DNA of 63,622 nt, counting the filler, from Reclinomonas americana ATCC 50394 (taxonomy: Eukaryota): NCBI GenBank assembly GCA_048213135.1. It is 8 parts of 8 records of this genome, joined end to end, with 100 filler letters (N's around TTAATTAATTAA, not from the genome) between each part and the next. Parts side by side here need not be neighbours in the genome. Positions count along the whole stretch, not along the records: positions 18,809 to 30,655 come from AFZH01022034.1; positions 30,756 to 51,016 come from AFZH01022035.1; 6 more parts are not named here. One strand, 5' to 3'. The notes under the pieces are model-generated. The model did not search any database, had not been told where the DNA came from, and worked only from the letters and a program-made list of their open reading frames with translations. This document shows positions 24,514 through 35,389 of this stretch, in pieces; the stretch's first letter is position 1; every line of letters starts with the position of its first letter. Made by a program: the position numbers and the translations under genes.

Positions 24514-24560
24514 CGTTGAAGAGCGCGAAATCGCTCAACGAACGGATCACACCACTCACA

Positions 24561-25475
24561 ATGCCCACAAAGTTGCGAGCGGTTGCTCACTGTGTTGCTT
24601 GCTCTCACTCACTCACTCACACTGTGTCACACTATATGCAGCGAGGAGCTCAATCGGGCGGCTCTGGTCAAGCTGGCCAAGACGACTGTGGCCATGTTCT
24701 CTGTGCCCTTTGCGGTGTACTATGCGGCCGATGCGACGATAGGGTATGCCGGAGGTGAGGAGGAGGGTGGAGAAGTGTGTGGGGATGAGAGAGGGGGTGA
24801 GAGAGGACTCTTGACTGCAAATATAGATTGCTCGTGGAGAGAGATGGTGTTGTCTATGAGGAGTGTGGTTGGTGGAGCTCGAGGGCGTACAGCGGATTGA
24901 CTGTTGTGTGCTTGGTGAGGCGATCAGCTTAGCGAGTTGTATGTACTGGAGTGGTCAGTGCAGTGAGTGTATGCACTGGAGTGGTCAGTGCAGTGCACTG
25001 GAGTCCTCAGCGCAGTGATTGTATGCACTGGAGAACTCAGCGCAGCGAGTATATGCACTGGAGTGGTCAGCGCAGCGGATTGTATGCACTGGAGTCCTCA
25101 GCGCAGTGAGTGTATGCACTGGAGTGGTCAGCGCAGCGAGTTTATGCACTGGAGTCCTCTGCTTCTCTTTGCATCTAACTCTCCCCCTTCCTCCCCTTCT
25201 TCTTTCCCCTCCACGCAGGCATGTCCATTGTGGTCTCCGTCCTCTCCGTCATCTGCATCATGGCGTGGTACGTGTGGTCGGCCATGCACGAGGACGATAT
25301 GGCCAGCGACGATCCGGCCTTGGATCCCGCAAAACCGCATCACCCGCGACTCAAACGCGACGCCGTTGCCGCTGCCGCCAAGGCCGCCCAACAACCAGAA
25401 GAAGAAGACAAGAAGGAAGAAGAACAAGAAGAGGTGGTGGCACCCGCAGCAGTAGAAGACAAGAAGACCAAGTGA
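24561..25475 (+). CDS. VMA21: V-ATPase assembly factor VMA21-like, 4 exons including a 20-nt microexon
   Basis: MPTN|EELNRAALVKLAKTTVAMFSVPFAVYYAADATIG|LLVERDG|MSIVVSVLSVICIMAWYVWSAMHED...EDKKTK*: two TM helices and a C-terminal KKxx ER-retrieval signal. Confidence 0.8.
24935..25160. repeat. Intronic minisatellite, ~30-bp unit (GTATGCACTGGAGTGGTCAGCGCAGTGAGT), ~7.5 copies
   Basis: Contiguous tandem copies with substitutions and no spacers. Confidence 0.92.
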
Positions 25476-25521
25476 AATGCTGTGCGAGTTCATTGTGTTA
25501 TGTGTCGAGTGGGGTGTGTGT

Positions 25522-25832
25522 TTAGAGCCCCAAGCTGAAGCCGAACGAGGGCGCGTTCACCGCCTCGCCCTTCTGGCCCACGGGTCCAGACTCAGATGCC
25601 GACTCGACTGTGAGAAGCGAGGAGTGAGCACAAAAAGAGTGGAAAATCAAGCACAACAGTCGACGAGCTCACCCTCGTTGTCCATGCCCAACACAGTGCT
25701 GTTGTTGCACAGTTCGTTGGTGAGTAATCACTTTGTGTGTGTGTGTGTGAGAAGAGAGAGAGAGAGAGTGTGCACTCACGTCTCTGTGTGTGCCTCCGAG
25801 GTGCCCTGCTCAGTCGATGATGCGCTGCCCAT
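25522..25832 (-). CDS. Novel microprotein family member B, 54 aa: MGSASSTEQGTSEAHTETTVLGMDNEVESASESGPVGQKGEAVNAPSFGFSLGL
   Basis: Exons 25832-25780, 25698-25673 and 25607-25522 (165 nt, GT-AG). 44 of 54 residues are identical to member A. Confidence 0.87.
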
Positions 25833-26144
25833 TTTTCTGCACACAAATGGTGAGATGGCGCATGGCGAGAATGGCAATGCAACGCAACGCAACGCACCTT
25901 TGCTCAGTTGATTGCGATGCGAGACTGACTGAGAAAGTTCTCGCACAAAGAGTCCCGCGAAGTCGTACGTTGAAAGTCGGTTTCCTTGTTGCTTTACATT
26001 ATCAATCGCGACTGTCTACTTCGAGCGGGGAACCACCAAGCATTCACTCTCACCAATGAGGGACTCACTTCGCCTTCGTCGGCGCGTTTTGTTAATAGGA
26101 CCCGCCAAATCCTGTCACTCGTAGATCTGACGACTGCATTTCAC

Positions 26145-27524
26145 ATGGCCACTCTTCGCGGCCACCTCATTGGCTCCTTCCCCGAGCACCCTCTGTGGGT
26201 CTCCGATGTGGCCATCTGTGCACACTCCACGCCGCCTCTCGTGGCCACCACATGCGACGATGGCGTTGTGCGCGTATTCAATGCCCAAAGCACTGCGCTC
26301 GTGCACGCCCTCAAAGCCGTGAACGAGCAAGGCGAGGTGTGGCGCTGTGCGTTTGCGCCACCGCCTGTTGTCACACTGGTGACTGCGGGAGGCGAGAATA
26401 GCGATTACGAGGTGATGTGTTGGCAGCCGGAGACTGGTGTGCGCCAGTGGTGCGGCTCGGAACACAATGATTCGATTCGGTGCCTGGCATTCACGCACAA
26501 TGGGCTGTATGTTTTCACCGGTGGCAACGATCGCACCGTTGTGCAATGGACGGTGGGCACGGGCGAGCACCAGTCTGCCTTTGTCAGTCACCGACACGAC
26601 GTGTGCGGCATGGCGGTGTCGCAGGATGATCGGCTGCTGGTGACTGGGTGTGCCGATTGCGTGGTGCGCGTGTTCGATCTGGCGAGCAGACGGTGTGTGC
26701 GACAGTTTGAGGTGCCGAGCATGGTGTGGGATGTGCAGCTGGTTCGTGGCGACACGGCGGTGGTGACCAGTCATCAGACCGACCCGGAGTTGCGCTTGTG
26801 GTCGGTGGCCACGGGTGAGCAGGTCGGCGCGGGCTGGAAGGGTCATACCGATCGGAATGCGTTCAATCTGGACGTGTCGGCCGACGGCCGGTACTTGCTG
26901 AGTGGCTCCCTGGGTGAGTGGTCTGCCTGCGAGTGACCATATGCATGACGATGATAGTGCTGATTGTAGTGGTGTCCATGGTGCAGATAAGACAGCGCGC
27001 ATGTGGAACATCCGCACCGGCCAGACGGTGGCGGTGCTGGCCGGTGGACACTCGGATGGAGTCTGGACGGCCAGGTTCTTGCCTGACGGCCGTGTGGTGA
27101 CGGTGTCGCGCGACGCCAAGGTGCTCCTGTGGGATTGCGGTGAGTGTGCATGTGCGTGGCATGTCCGTGCGCTGATGTCGACTCAACTGTCTCGCCGTGT
27201 GTTTCAGTGCGCGAGGATCAGATGGTGGAGCGAGAATGGATGGCAGCTGTGCAGGCGGTGGATGCGCTGTCGGTCGACTGTGCGGACGGGGAGGTGGAAT
27301 CATCCCCCGAAGAACAAGGGGACGAGGAGGAGGGTTCTCGGGGTACTGCCGCAACGGATGCAGGCGAAGGGGAGGAAGCTGAAGTGGAGGAGGCGGAGAC
27401 GGAGGAGGAAGAAGAAGCAGAGGCACTCCCAAGGCTAGTCCTACGTTGCTTCCTCGCAGAGGACGCTCGCCTGCGCCTGCTGCGCATGCTGTGGGCGCGG
27501 GAAGACGAGGAGGCAGAGTCATGA
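26145..27524 (+). CDS. WD40-repeat protein with conserved C-terminal 'LPxLxLRCFL' module (WD-A), 3 exons
   Basis: WD repeats 'EHNDSIRCLAF..TGGNDRTVVQW', 'SHRHDV..LRLW', 'GHTD..SGSL|DKTARMW', 'GHSDGVW..VLLWD'. Last exon 'EREWMAAVQAVDAL...LPRLVLRCFLAEDARLRLLR'. Confidence 0.9.
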
Positions 27525-27548
27525 TTACGAATTGTACACTACCCTCAT

Positions 27549-29959
27549 CTAATCGATTCCCTGCCTTCTCGCCTGTTGCGACTGCGACAGCTGCACAGCG
27601 GCCATGATGGCCGAGACCAGGTCGTCGCGCAGCGTCGCCGTACTCGACAGCTGCCAGTTGATGTACGGCAAACCGGCCCACCGTGACCAATTCCGCAGCA
27701 CGGCGTTGCGCCACACGGTCGGTGCAAACACCTCCAAAACAACGGTGCCAGGTGGCGCAAAGATAAAGTGCGTACAATCCGTGCCTGTGCATCACAGCAA
27801 GATGGTGAGTGTGCGTGCGCACTGGCATGCCTCATTCACCCCTGTTCACGCAACCCTCAAAGCACACGAGCACATCGGCGTGCTGAATGGCCTCGATGCG
27901 GTCGGCCAACGATTTCATGTCACGGAAGCGGCGCTCCTCCACGACCACACTGCATGCGATCGTAAGCCGAGATGTCAAGCAACGAAAGAGGAGACGAAAG
28001 CACGCGACGCAACCCGCGAAGTCGCTTAATTGGAACTTCCACTGCCTGCACGTGCTGTAAGTGCCTTTTCCCCACCACAACGAAGCCTTGTTGAGTGAGA
28101 AGACGCACCTGGAATGCCAGCGCGTGGTCCACGCTGTGCGCCAGAATCACTCGCACCGAGGACGACTCGGGCTCCGGCGGCGAAATCGGCAGATTCATTC
28201 TGCATCGTGGTACTGCTTTCAGTTCCCCATGTCGTCTCTCCCGCCCGCACACCACGCTTCACCTGCTCCTGATAAGTCCCACGAATCCCATCAAGAACTC
28301 ACTCGGTCCGCAGTCATTCGGCCGCTCCGTGTCCTTCCACAGGAACGTGCTGCCGCCTGGCACCGCAATCACAACCCGCGACGCACACAGTGTGCCCGTC
28401 TCTGCACATATAACAACGCGTTCAGCAACGGACTTGCTTCTGACTGTGCTCGGCACTCACCAAAGAGCTGCTGCGTGTCGACAACGGGTCCGGCGGCCGA
28501 CAAGTACTGCCACATGTCAACATAGGCGCCCCGTGCATGTCGGTCGATGATCACCACTTGCGGTTCGGCCAGGTTGCTGCTCGACACCACAAGTGCCATG
28601 TAGGCGCCGAACAGCTCGGCAATTCCTGCGCAGACAGACACGTGGTGTCAATATCTCTCTCTTTAACAAGGAAGTGAGCAGCAGGGAACAGCAGAACTGT
28701 TGAGCTGTCCATCGTCGTCGCCGCGAAACACTAACAACAGTGGTCCGCGCTCTACCCTTCGCGTGCACTTGTCGGCCAATGGCTCGGCCGTCGGCTGCAC
28801 CATGTTCATGATGTCGCGCATTTGCAGCGGGTACTGCAACAGAGTCGTGAGTGCGCGTGGCTCCGCGAACCCAGCTGCGTGAAGCGAAAAGAAAGAAGCA
28901 AACCTGCGTGCTGAGTAGTTTCGGCTCGGCAAGGCAATTGATCTGCAGTGCGCCATGCACGCCCACTACCAATGCCAATTGCCGGTGAGACTCGTGACTG
29001 AAGAAGACAACAAGCACCACAGCGCTAGCAACACGCAACACTTGAACTTGTCAATCGGAATGGCCACGTTGTCGAGCGTGCATATCACGTCGTCGCCACC
29101 ATGTCGCACTTGCCGCAGCTGATGGCAATCCACTCGCGACACCAGCTCCGCTGTGCCAGCAAGCAAGCAAGCAGTTGAGCAACAGCACCCAGTGTTCCTC
29201 TGCAGCTGCAGCCCACTAACCAGCACCGGCTGGCGACCGCGGAGCACACAACAAGCGACCCGCCTGCGCGAATCGCTTGGCCAAGCCAAAGCCCACTTGC
29301 TGCACGCACTGCTCGTCGGCCTGCGACGCCAGACTCGTGCGCACACCCTTCTTGTCCACCTGCAAGAAATCCAACTGCGACAATTGCGGAGACAGTGGTG
29401 CCGAGGGGAAGCACTGCAGCACAGCATCTACCCACGCGTATGCGCACACCATCATGACAAGCACATGTGAAGGACAGGCCACGTGTTGCCACACACGCAC
29501 CAAAAGGCGATCCGACTGGCTTCTTTTGCTGTTGCTGCTGCGGCTGCTGTTCTTGCTTGCTCTGCTTGGCGGCGACCTTGGCCTCCTCGACCTTCTTGCG
29601 CAGTGTCTTTATGCGGCCTCTGACGCCCTCCAGATCGCGTTCCAGTCGCCGCACACTCGCCTGCGCTGCCGATCGCTCCGCGTCCATCTCCTTCACCTGC
29701 ACACCACGCTCATCGACCAGCTCAACCAGTGTCATCAGATGCGCTTGCTGCACGGTCTGTGTGCGTGTGCGTAGGTCAGGCGATCAAAGTGCAACTTCAA
29801 TTGCGCCCATGCATTGCGCACCAACTCATTCCGCGCAGTGCTCAGTCCGACTGCACCGACGAACATGATCACCGCCAGTGGGAGACAACAGCACAGGCCG
29901 ACACCATAGAGAAACACTCGCGGGTATCGCTGCACCCACACGACAAAACCGCCGGCCAT
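27549..29959 (-). CDS. Type II membrane glycosyltransferase, GT61/DUF563-like, with coiled-coil stem
   Basis: N-terminal TM 'VFLYGVGLCCCLPLAVIMFVGAVGL', coiled coil, then C-terminal 'IEAIQHADVLV...THFIFAPPGTVVLEVF...RNWSRWAGLPY'. Confidence 0.7.
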
Positions 29960-30023
29960 AGCGATGGGTCGAATTGAAGTGATCGCCGCAGATCGCCAGT
30001 CGACCAACACATCGTGCGATTAG

Positions 30024-30921
30024 ATGGACTCACGCGAGAGACTTGTGGAGATTGTCGGCGACGCAGCGGCATCGATCGAGGCGCGCACCAAGGCCCTCGT
30101 GCAGGCGTGTTATCTGTATGGTCAGTCGCGCGTTGATCGCCTCTCTCTTTTTGTCTTTTCACATCGTCTCTCTCTCTCTCACACACACGCGCGCTCGCGC
30201 AGATGAGCTTGACGATCTGGTCGGCGACGGTCTGTTCTACGCCGCACGCGCTCTGGTCGATGCCGTGCGACGCGGCGAAAACGCAGAAATCGAAGAGGAG
30301 ATCGCGGACACACTCGGCGTCTTCTTCTTATCGGCAGTGGCATGCGAGGCCGGCGACGCACAGCGAGGTCCGCCTCCACACCTCTCCTCATCGCCGCATG
30401 CTCTTATTAGTTATTTGTTGGGCAGAGGTACACGCGCTGCTGGTGGCCTCGGTGCTCGAATCTGGCTTGCTGGCGAGCCTCCTCGCCAAGTGCGACGAGG
30501 ACGAGGAGGCGAGCACGTGGGAGAACGCTATCATGGCGTTGGTGGCCGGCGAAGAAGCCGCGCGATCGCTCGCCGAGGCGCTGTTGGTGCATCCGCATGG
30601 ACGACAGATGTTGCGGCAGTTGCTGCGCTTGCCGGCGGCGGCCACCGAGCCGACTNNNNNNNNNNNNNNNNNNNNNNNNNNNNNNNNNNNNNNNNNNNNT
30701 TAATTAATTAANNNNNNNNNNNNNNNNNNNNNNNNNNNNNNNNNNNNNNNNNNNNAGAGCTGCAATCCACTGAGGAAGTGGACGTGGAAGACGAAGAAGA
30801 AGACGATGAGCGCGCCGCCATTCGCAGCGCACTGCGCGAGTCACACATCGAGCAGTACCTGCTCGCCTCCACCGCCGACCACAAACAACTGCTCGACCAC
30901 GTACACCGACTCCTTAACTGA
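30024..30921 (+). CDS. Hypothetical helical protein spanning an assembly gap
   Basis: Exons 'MDSRERLVEIVG...LY|DELDDLVG...' and, after the gap, 'EDDERAAIRSALRESHIEQY...LLN*'. Confidence 0.5.
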
Positions 30922-30958
30922 AATGATTATACTGCGTGTGTTTTCTTTTTCTTCTGCT

Positions 30959-31423
30959 TCACAAGTCGCCGCCTATCGGCTCCTCCTCCTCCACGTGGTC
31001 GTCGCCCTCTGTTCTCCTCCGCCTCCGCTCACCACGCATTCTCCAGTCGGCCTCGTCATCAGATTCCGTCTGCAGCTCCTCCGCAGCGCTCGTCACCGCC
31101 TCGTCACGCACTTCTTCCTCCTCCTCCGCGTCGTCGTCACTGACCAACAGATCCGCATCACCGACGGCACTCTTCTCCTCCTCTGCTGCGGTCGACGGAG
31201 GCAGCAAATCCATCATGGCCACCATCGCCTTTTGTTGTTCCATTGGTGGTGGTGGAGGCGGCGAGGGAGTCATCAGCACGGAAGAGCCAGTGACACTGCT
31301 GTCACGCGCACTTGCTCGCGCGTTGCCGACACCCAGAAAGAGAATGAACATCGGCGCCACCGTGAACAGCGCAATCGACAGCACAACGAGCCGCGTCATG
31401 CGCGCGTTGCTGCCACCCGCCAT
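30959..31423 (-). CDS. Hypothetical single-pass membrane or secreted acidic protein
   Basis: 'MTRLVVLSIALFTVAPMFILFLGVGNA' followed by Pro-rich and D/E-rich sequence. Confidence 0.5.
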   Translation of the reverse strand: MAGGSNARMTRLVVLSIALFTVAPMFILFLGVGNARASARDSSVTGSSVLMTPSPPPPPPMEQQKAMVAMMDLLPPSTAAEEEKSAVGDADLLVSDDDAEEEEEVRDEAVTSAAEELQTESDDEADWRMRGERRRRRTEGDDHVEEEEPIGGDL

Positions 31424-31738
31424 TGCGCGCACACACAGACGAGAGTTGGCGAGTTAGAATACGAAATTTCCTGGCGGTTGAAACCGTCGGTAACGCGCTT
31501 CTCAACAAAGATGATGGTGACGCGCTCACTCTGCCACACGCGCTCTCACTGTGTGCTCACTCTGTCAATCGCAGTGGTCACCAGAGACACACAGCGACGA
31601 CGACTCGTACGATCCACTGGTTCCGTCTGTCATTGCTCGCTCGCTTGTCTCTCTGTCTCTGTGTGTGTGTGTGTGTGACTCACACACACGCGCCAGGCCA
31701 AGCTCGCTGGCGTTCGCGATCCATACCGTCCATCGACC

Positions 31739-34700
31739 ATGTACCCGCCTCCGCCTGCGCCGCCGCCCGCGATTGTTCCTCCTCCGCCAATGATGATGAT
31801 GGGCGCGCCTCCTATGATGCCGCCTCCACCTGCTGCTGGTGTTGCTCCGCCTTGGACCGGTATGCGCTCATCATCATCGTTCATCATTGTGTTCGACTTG
31901 TTCGATCTCATTGCATGTATCGCAGTTGTCGGACCGTATGGCGACAATCCAGCGGACGCGGCAGCCGTGGCTGCGTTGACTTCGATGGTGGACATGCAGA
32001 TGGCTCAGTTGCGGCAATCGGCGCTGAGGAAACGGCAGCTGGCGGCAGAAGTCAAGGTCTCCTTCGTTGCCTCGTCCTCCAGTGCCTTCGTTTTATTCAC
32101 TCTTGATTGTGCGTGCGTGTGCAGAGTCAGCAGCAGGTCAGATCGCGGCATGTGCAGCAGGAGCGCGAGCGGCAACTGGAGTCGTTGGTGGTGGCCATTG
32201 ATTCGCGGACTCGGCAGAGTGAAGTCAAGCAAGACAGTTGCGATTTCCATGCTTGTGTGTTTGTTCGTGCGTGCATGCACTGACGTGCCGCCGTGCAGCC
32301 ACCCTGCAAGTACTGCAGACGCAGAATGTGGCCTTGCAGCAGCTGCTTACGGAGTACCTGCAGGCTGGCATCAACGAGAAGAAGTTGCGAATGTAGTCGC
32401 CGTCGCTCGCTGCGTGCATGTCACCGACTCATCCTTTTTGAGTGACACAGACAAGCCGCCAGTGGGACTCTGCCGCCGGGCATGCCGCCACCTGGCCACC
32501 CCATGTACCCGTATCCACCATACTACATGATGCCTCCACCGCCACAGGCCTATGATCGTGCCCGCGATCCGGCAGCGTCGTATGCGTATCCGCAGCCGAA
32601 TCAATCACAACCACCTCCGAATCCATACACGCCGTACTCGACCGCAGCTGGCGGTTTCCCTGCTGCGCCGACGCAACAAGCACAGCAAGGAGCACAGCAA
32701 GGCGGCATGCAACTGCAAGTCCCTCGCGCAGCACCGCACGGGTCAGAGAGTCATGGGACGCTGATGGTGAGTGGTGGCAGGCACTCGCTTTCTCCCTTGC
32801 TCGAGAACTTGCCCTCAATTGTCTTGTTCACATCGGTTATCCTTTCCTCTCTCTTCTCCTTCATCTCCCTCCCCACAGGACGACTTGAAGCGCTCGCTCG
32901 ATGCCGACCTCCGCCAATCGAAAAAGCTCAAGCCCGACGAAGGACACCTGGCCGCCGACGCTCTGCGCGCGCTGCGTGCCGAGAACCCCGGCATGAATGA
33001 CACACTGTTGCAGATTGAGTCCAGCAGTTACGTGTGTCGCTGACGCTGCTCGCATTACTCCACCCGCCGTGCCACTCACTGCGTCGACACAGTGGCCGAT
33101 GTCTCCAAAATCGACCGATCGCCACGAGAGGATGCCGGCAGGAATCGCAGAGGTTGGCAGACGAGAGTAGCAACCGACTTCTGCTCTCTTTCTGTGCCTC
33201 ACGCCATCGCGCCACTGTAGGCAATCGCACAACTCTCTCGCTGGAAGACGCACCTGCTGGTGGCGATTTGGGTGCTCTCTCGCCGAGCAATGTGCCTGCG
33301 GCCAAGCGTCGTGTGCGCTCGTTTATCGGTCTCTTCTTCAAGGTCGTCGTGTTTGTACAGTTCCTCAGAAGAGAGACAGACGAGGTTGGTTCTCTCCCTC
33401 TCTCTCTCTCTCCTTCGCGTGTGAGCTGACTGTTGTTGTGCATCCGACTGCAGTCAAAGCGTGTGGTGCTGGAGGGACGCGCTGCAACGGCCGAGCTGTT
33501 GCAGTCGTTCGAGAGACGCGGAGCCACTGGGTTTATGAAGCAGTGCGTTCGCGTCCCGCTACTCACCGTGGTGCACGAGCCAAACACCGATCTGCGACTG
33601 GTCGGTGGCACGCAGCGTGCATTCATGTGCATTCGGTGTGTATCATGTGCTTCTGTGTGACAGCTCGTCCTCCTTGCTCATGTGTATGTGCGTGTGGGCG
33701 ACAGCTGGGGCTCGGTGTCGGCCGAGGAGCGCAACGCACGAGTCATGAAGTTGAAAGTGCGCACACGCAGCTTCATGCACGCTCTGCTCGAGTCGTGCAA
33801 CCCAGCTGCCGGAGCGCAATCCGAGGACGAGCGACTGAACAGATTATCCCTGCTGCGCTTCCTCGGCAACGTCGTCGGTGACGGGATTTACTTTCCGCCC
33901 GGCTACTTGTGGCCGTGGGAATTGGTTCGCCAGTCACCCTGTGCGCGTAGAGGAGTCGGGTGGACCCGCTCACACTTTTCCCTATTCGACTTGCAGGAAG
34001 TGCTACAGCCGTTCACACCCTCCGGCGCCACGATGGATATGACGCCCGTGAAGCGCCAGATTGTGGTCATTGGGTACCTGGTTTCGCGCATTCTGATTCC
34101 CAAGGTTCTTCTGCCTGCTGCGCACCACCATCATCGGGGTGTGACACTCAACCGCAATGTCGGCACAGGTGTTGTGCAGTAACGTGTACACGGGAACGAC
34201 GCGCGACAACCTCAGTCTGCTGGCCACCATTCTCCACTTGTGCGTCATGCGTGCAGCCTATCCCACCATTCGCGATTGGCATCTGGTGGAGGAGGTGCGA
34301 TTTGTTTTCATAGTCATTGTCGTGCGTGCCAGCTGGTGACTGACAAGCGCACAGCGAGAAAGCCCGGAAATGGTGCACGACTTGGTGTTGGATCGGGAGT
34401 CTCTGTGGATACTCTTCGAAGATGTTATTGAGGAGGAATCGGTGAGTGTGTGCACCCGTCCTCTTCATTCCCCCTCGTTTGCTAACCAACTGTTACGCAC
34501 AGCGGAGACTCCGTCTGTGGGCAGCAACGTTGCTCACACAAGTGGAGGAGGTGGGACGAGTCGGCATTGTTGGCGACACGGTGGAGCTGCGTCGCGAGGC
34601 TTTCGCCAAGGAGACCGATCGGTGGCGCGTTCGACTCATGGCCTACGGTTGCGTTGTTTCACTGCCTCGGACTTCCCTTCTCCTCGAGCTCACATCGTGC

Positions 34701-34990
34701 TTCCTCCGTCGACAGCCGGCATGGCACTGAGTCCTCGCAGCGCCGGACTCATTGGCGAGCCAGAACTGGCCGCCATTGCCGCTCGTCGACGAATGCAAGC
34801 CTCGCTGCAGCAACACCACGCACGCCAGTACTCCTCGTCCATCGCGCCCTCCCAACCCGCCTCGTCAGTGGCCGCGCAAGACACCAGCCTCGCCGCCGCA
34901 GCAGCAGCAGCACAACCGAGACCAGAAGTCATTGCGCGTGGAGTGCGCGCGGCCATGCCCGGCGCAGCAGTGACTCGCGTCTCGCGATGA
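31739..34990 (+). CDS. Hypothetical multi-exon protein with Pro/Gln-rich N-terminus
   Basis: Exon chain includes 'MYPPPPAPPP' and 'FLGNVVGDGIYFPPGYLWPWEL|EVLQPF...IVVIGYLVSRILIPKVLL'. Confidence 0.55.
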
Positions 34991-35389
34991 CACAATGTAG
35001 TGTGCCCCGCAAAAACTCTTGCATGCATTGGTCAATTGGTCTCCGCACTTTTTGTTTCGCAAGCGTGCACCATACAGGCCACCGCAGCTTTCTTCACTGT
35101 GCAGTCACGCCTCTCGTCTCCCGGTCCACAGGCTTCATTTGTACTCGTGATCACAGGCAATATCAGGTGTTTCGTACGTTGCTCGCGCGAAACCGTTGTG
35201 ATTTCATCAGCTTTTCGAGAGAAAATAACATTACAGGCAAGCAGTGAGCAGTAGTGGTGCACGCGACGGAGTGTTGAGTGAGTGAGTGGCGAAAACTCTC
35301 TCTCTTTCTCTCAAAAGAGCGACGAATACCGTGCCCAGTGTCTCAACAGCAGCACTTCAAGAGCGAGTCGTGTGGTGGCACGCGCAATC

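Noticed and set aside
24935..25160. Possible CRISPR array (30-bp repeats)
   Set aside because: Units are contiguous with no unique spacers, lie in a eukaryotic intron, and no cas genes are present.
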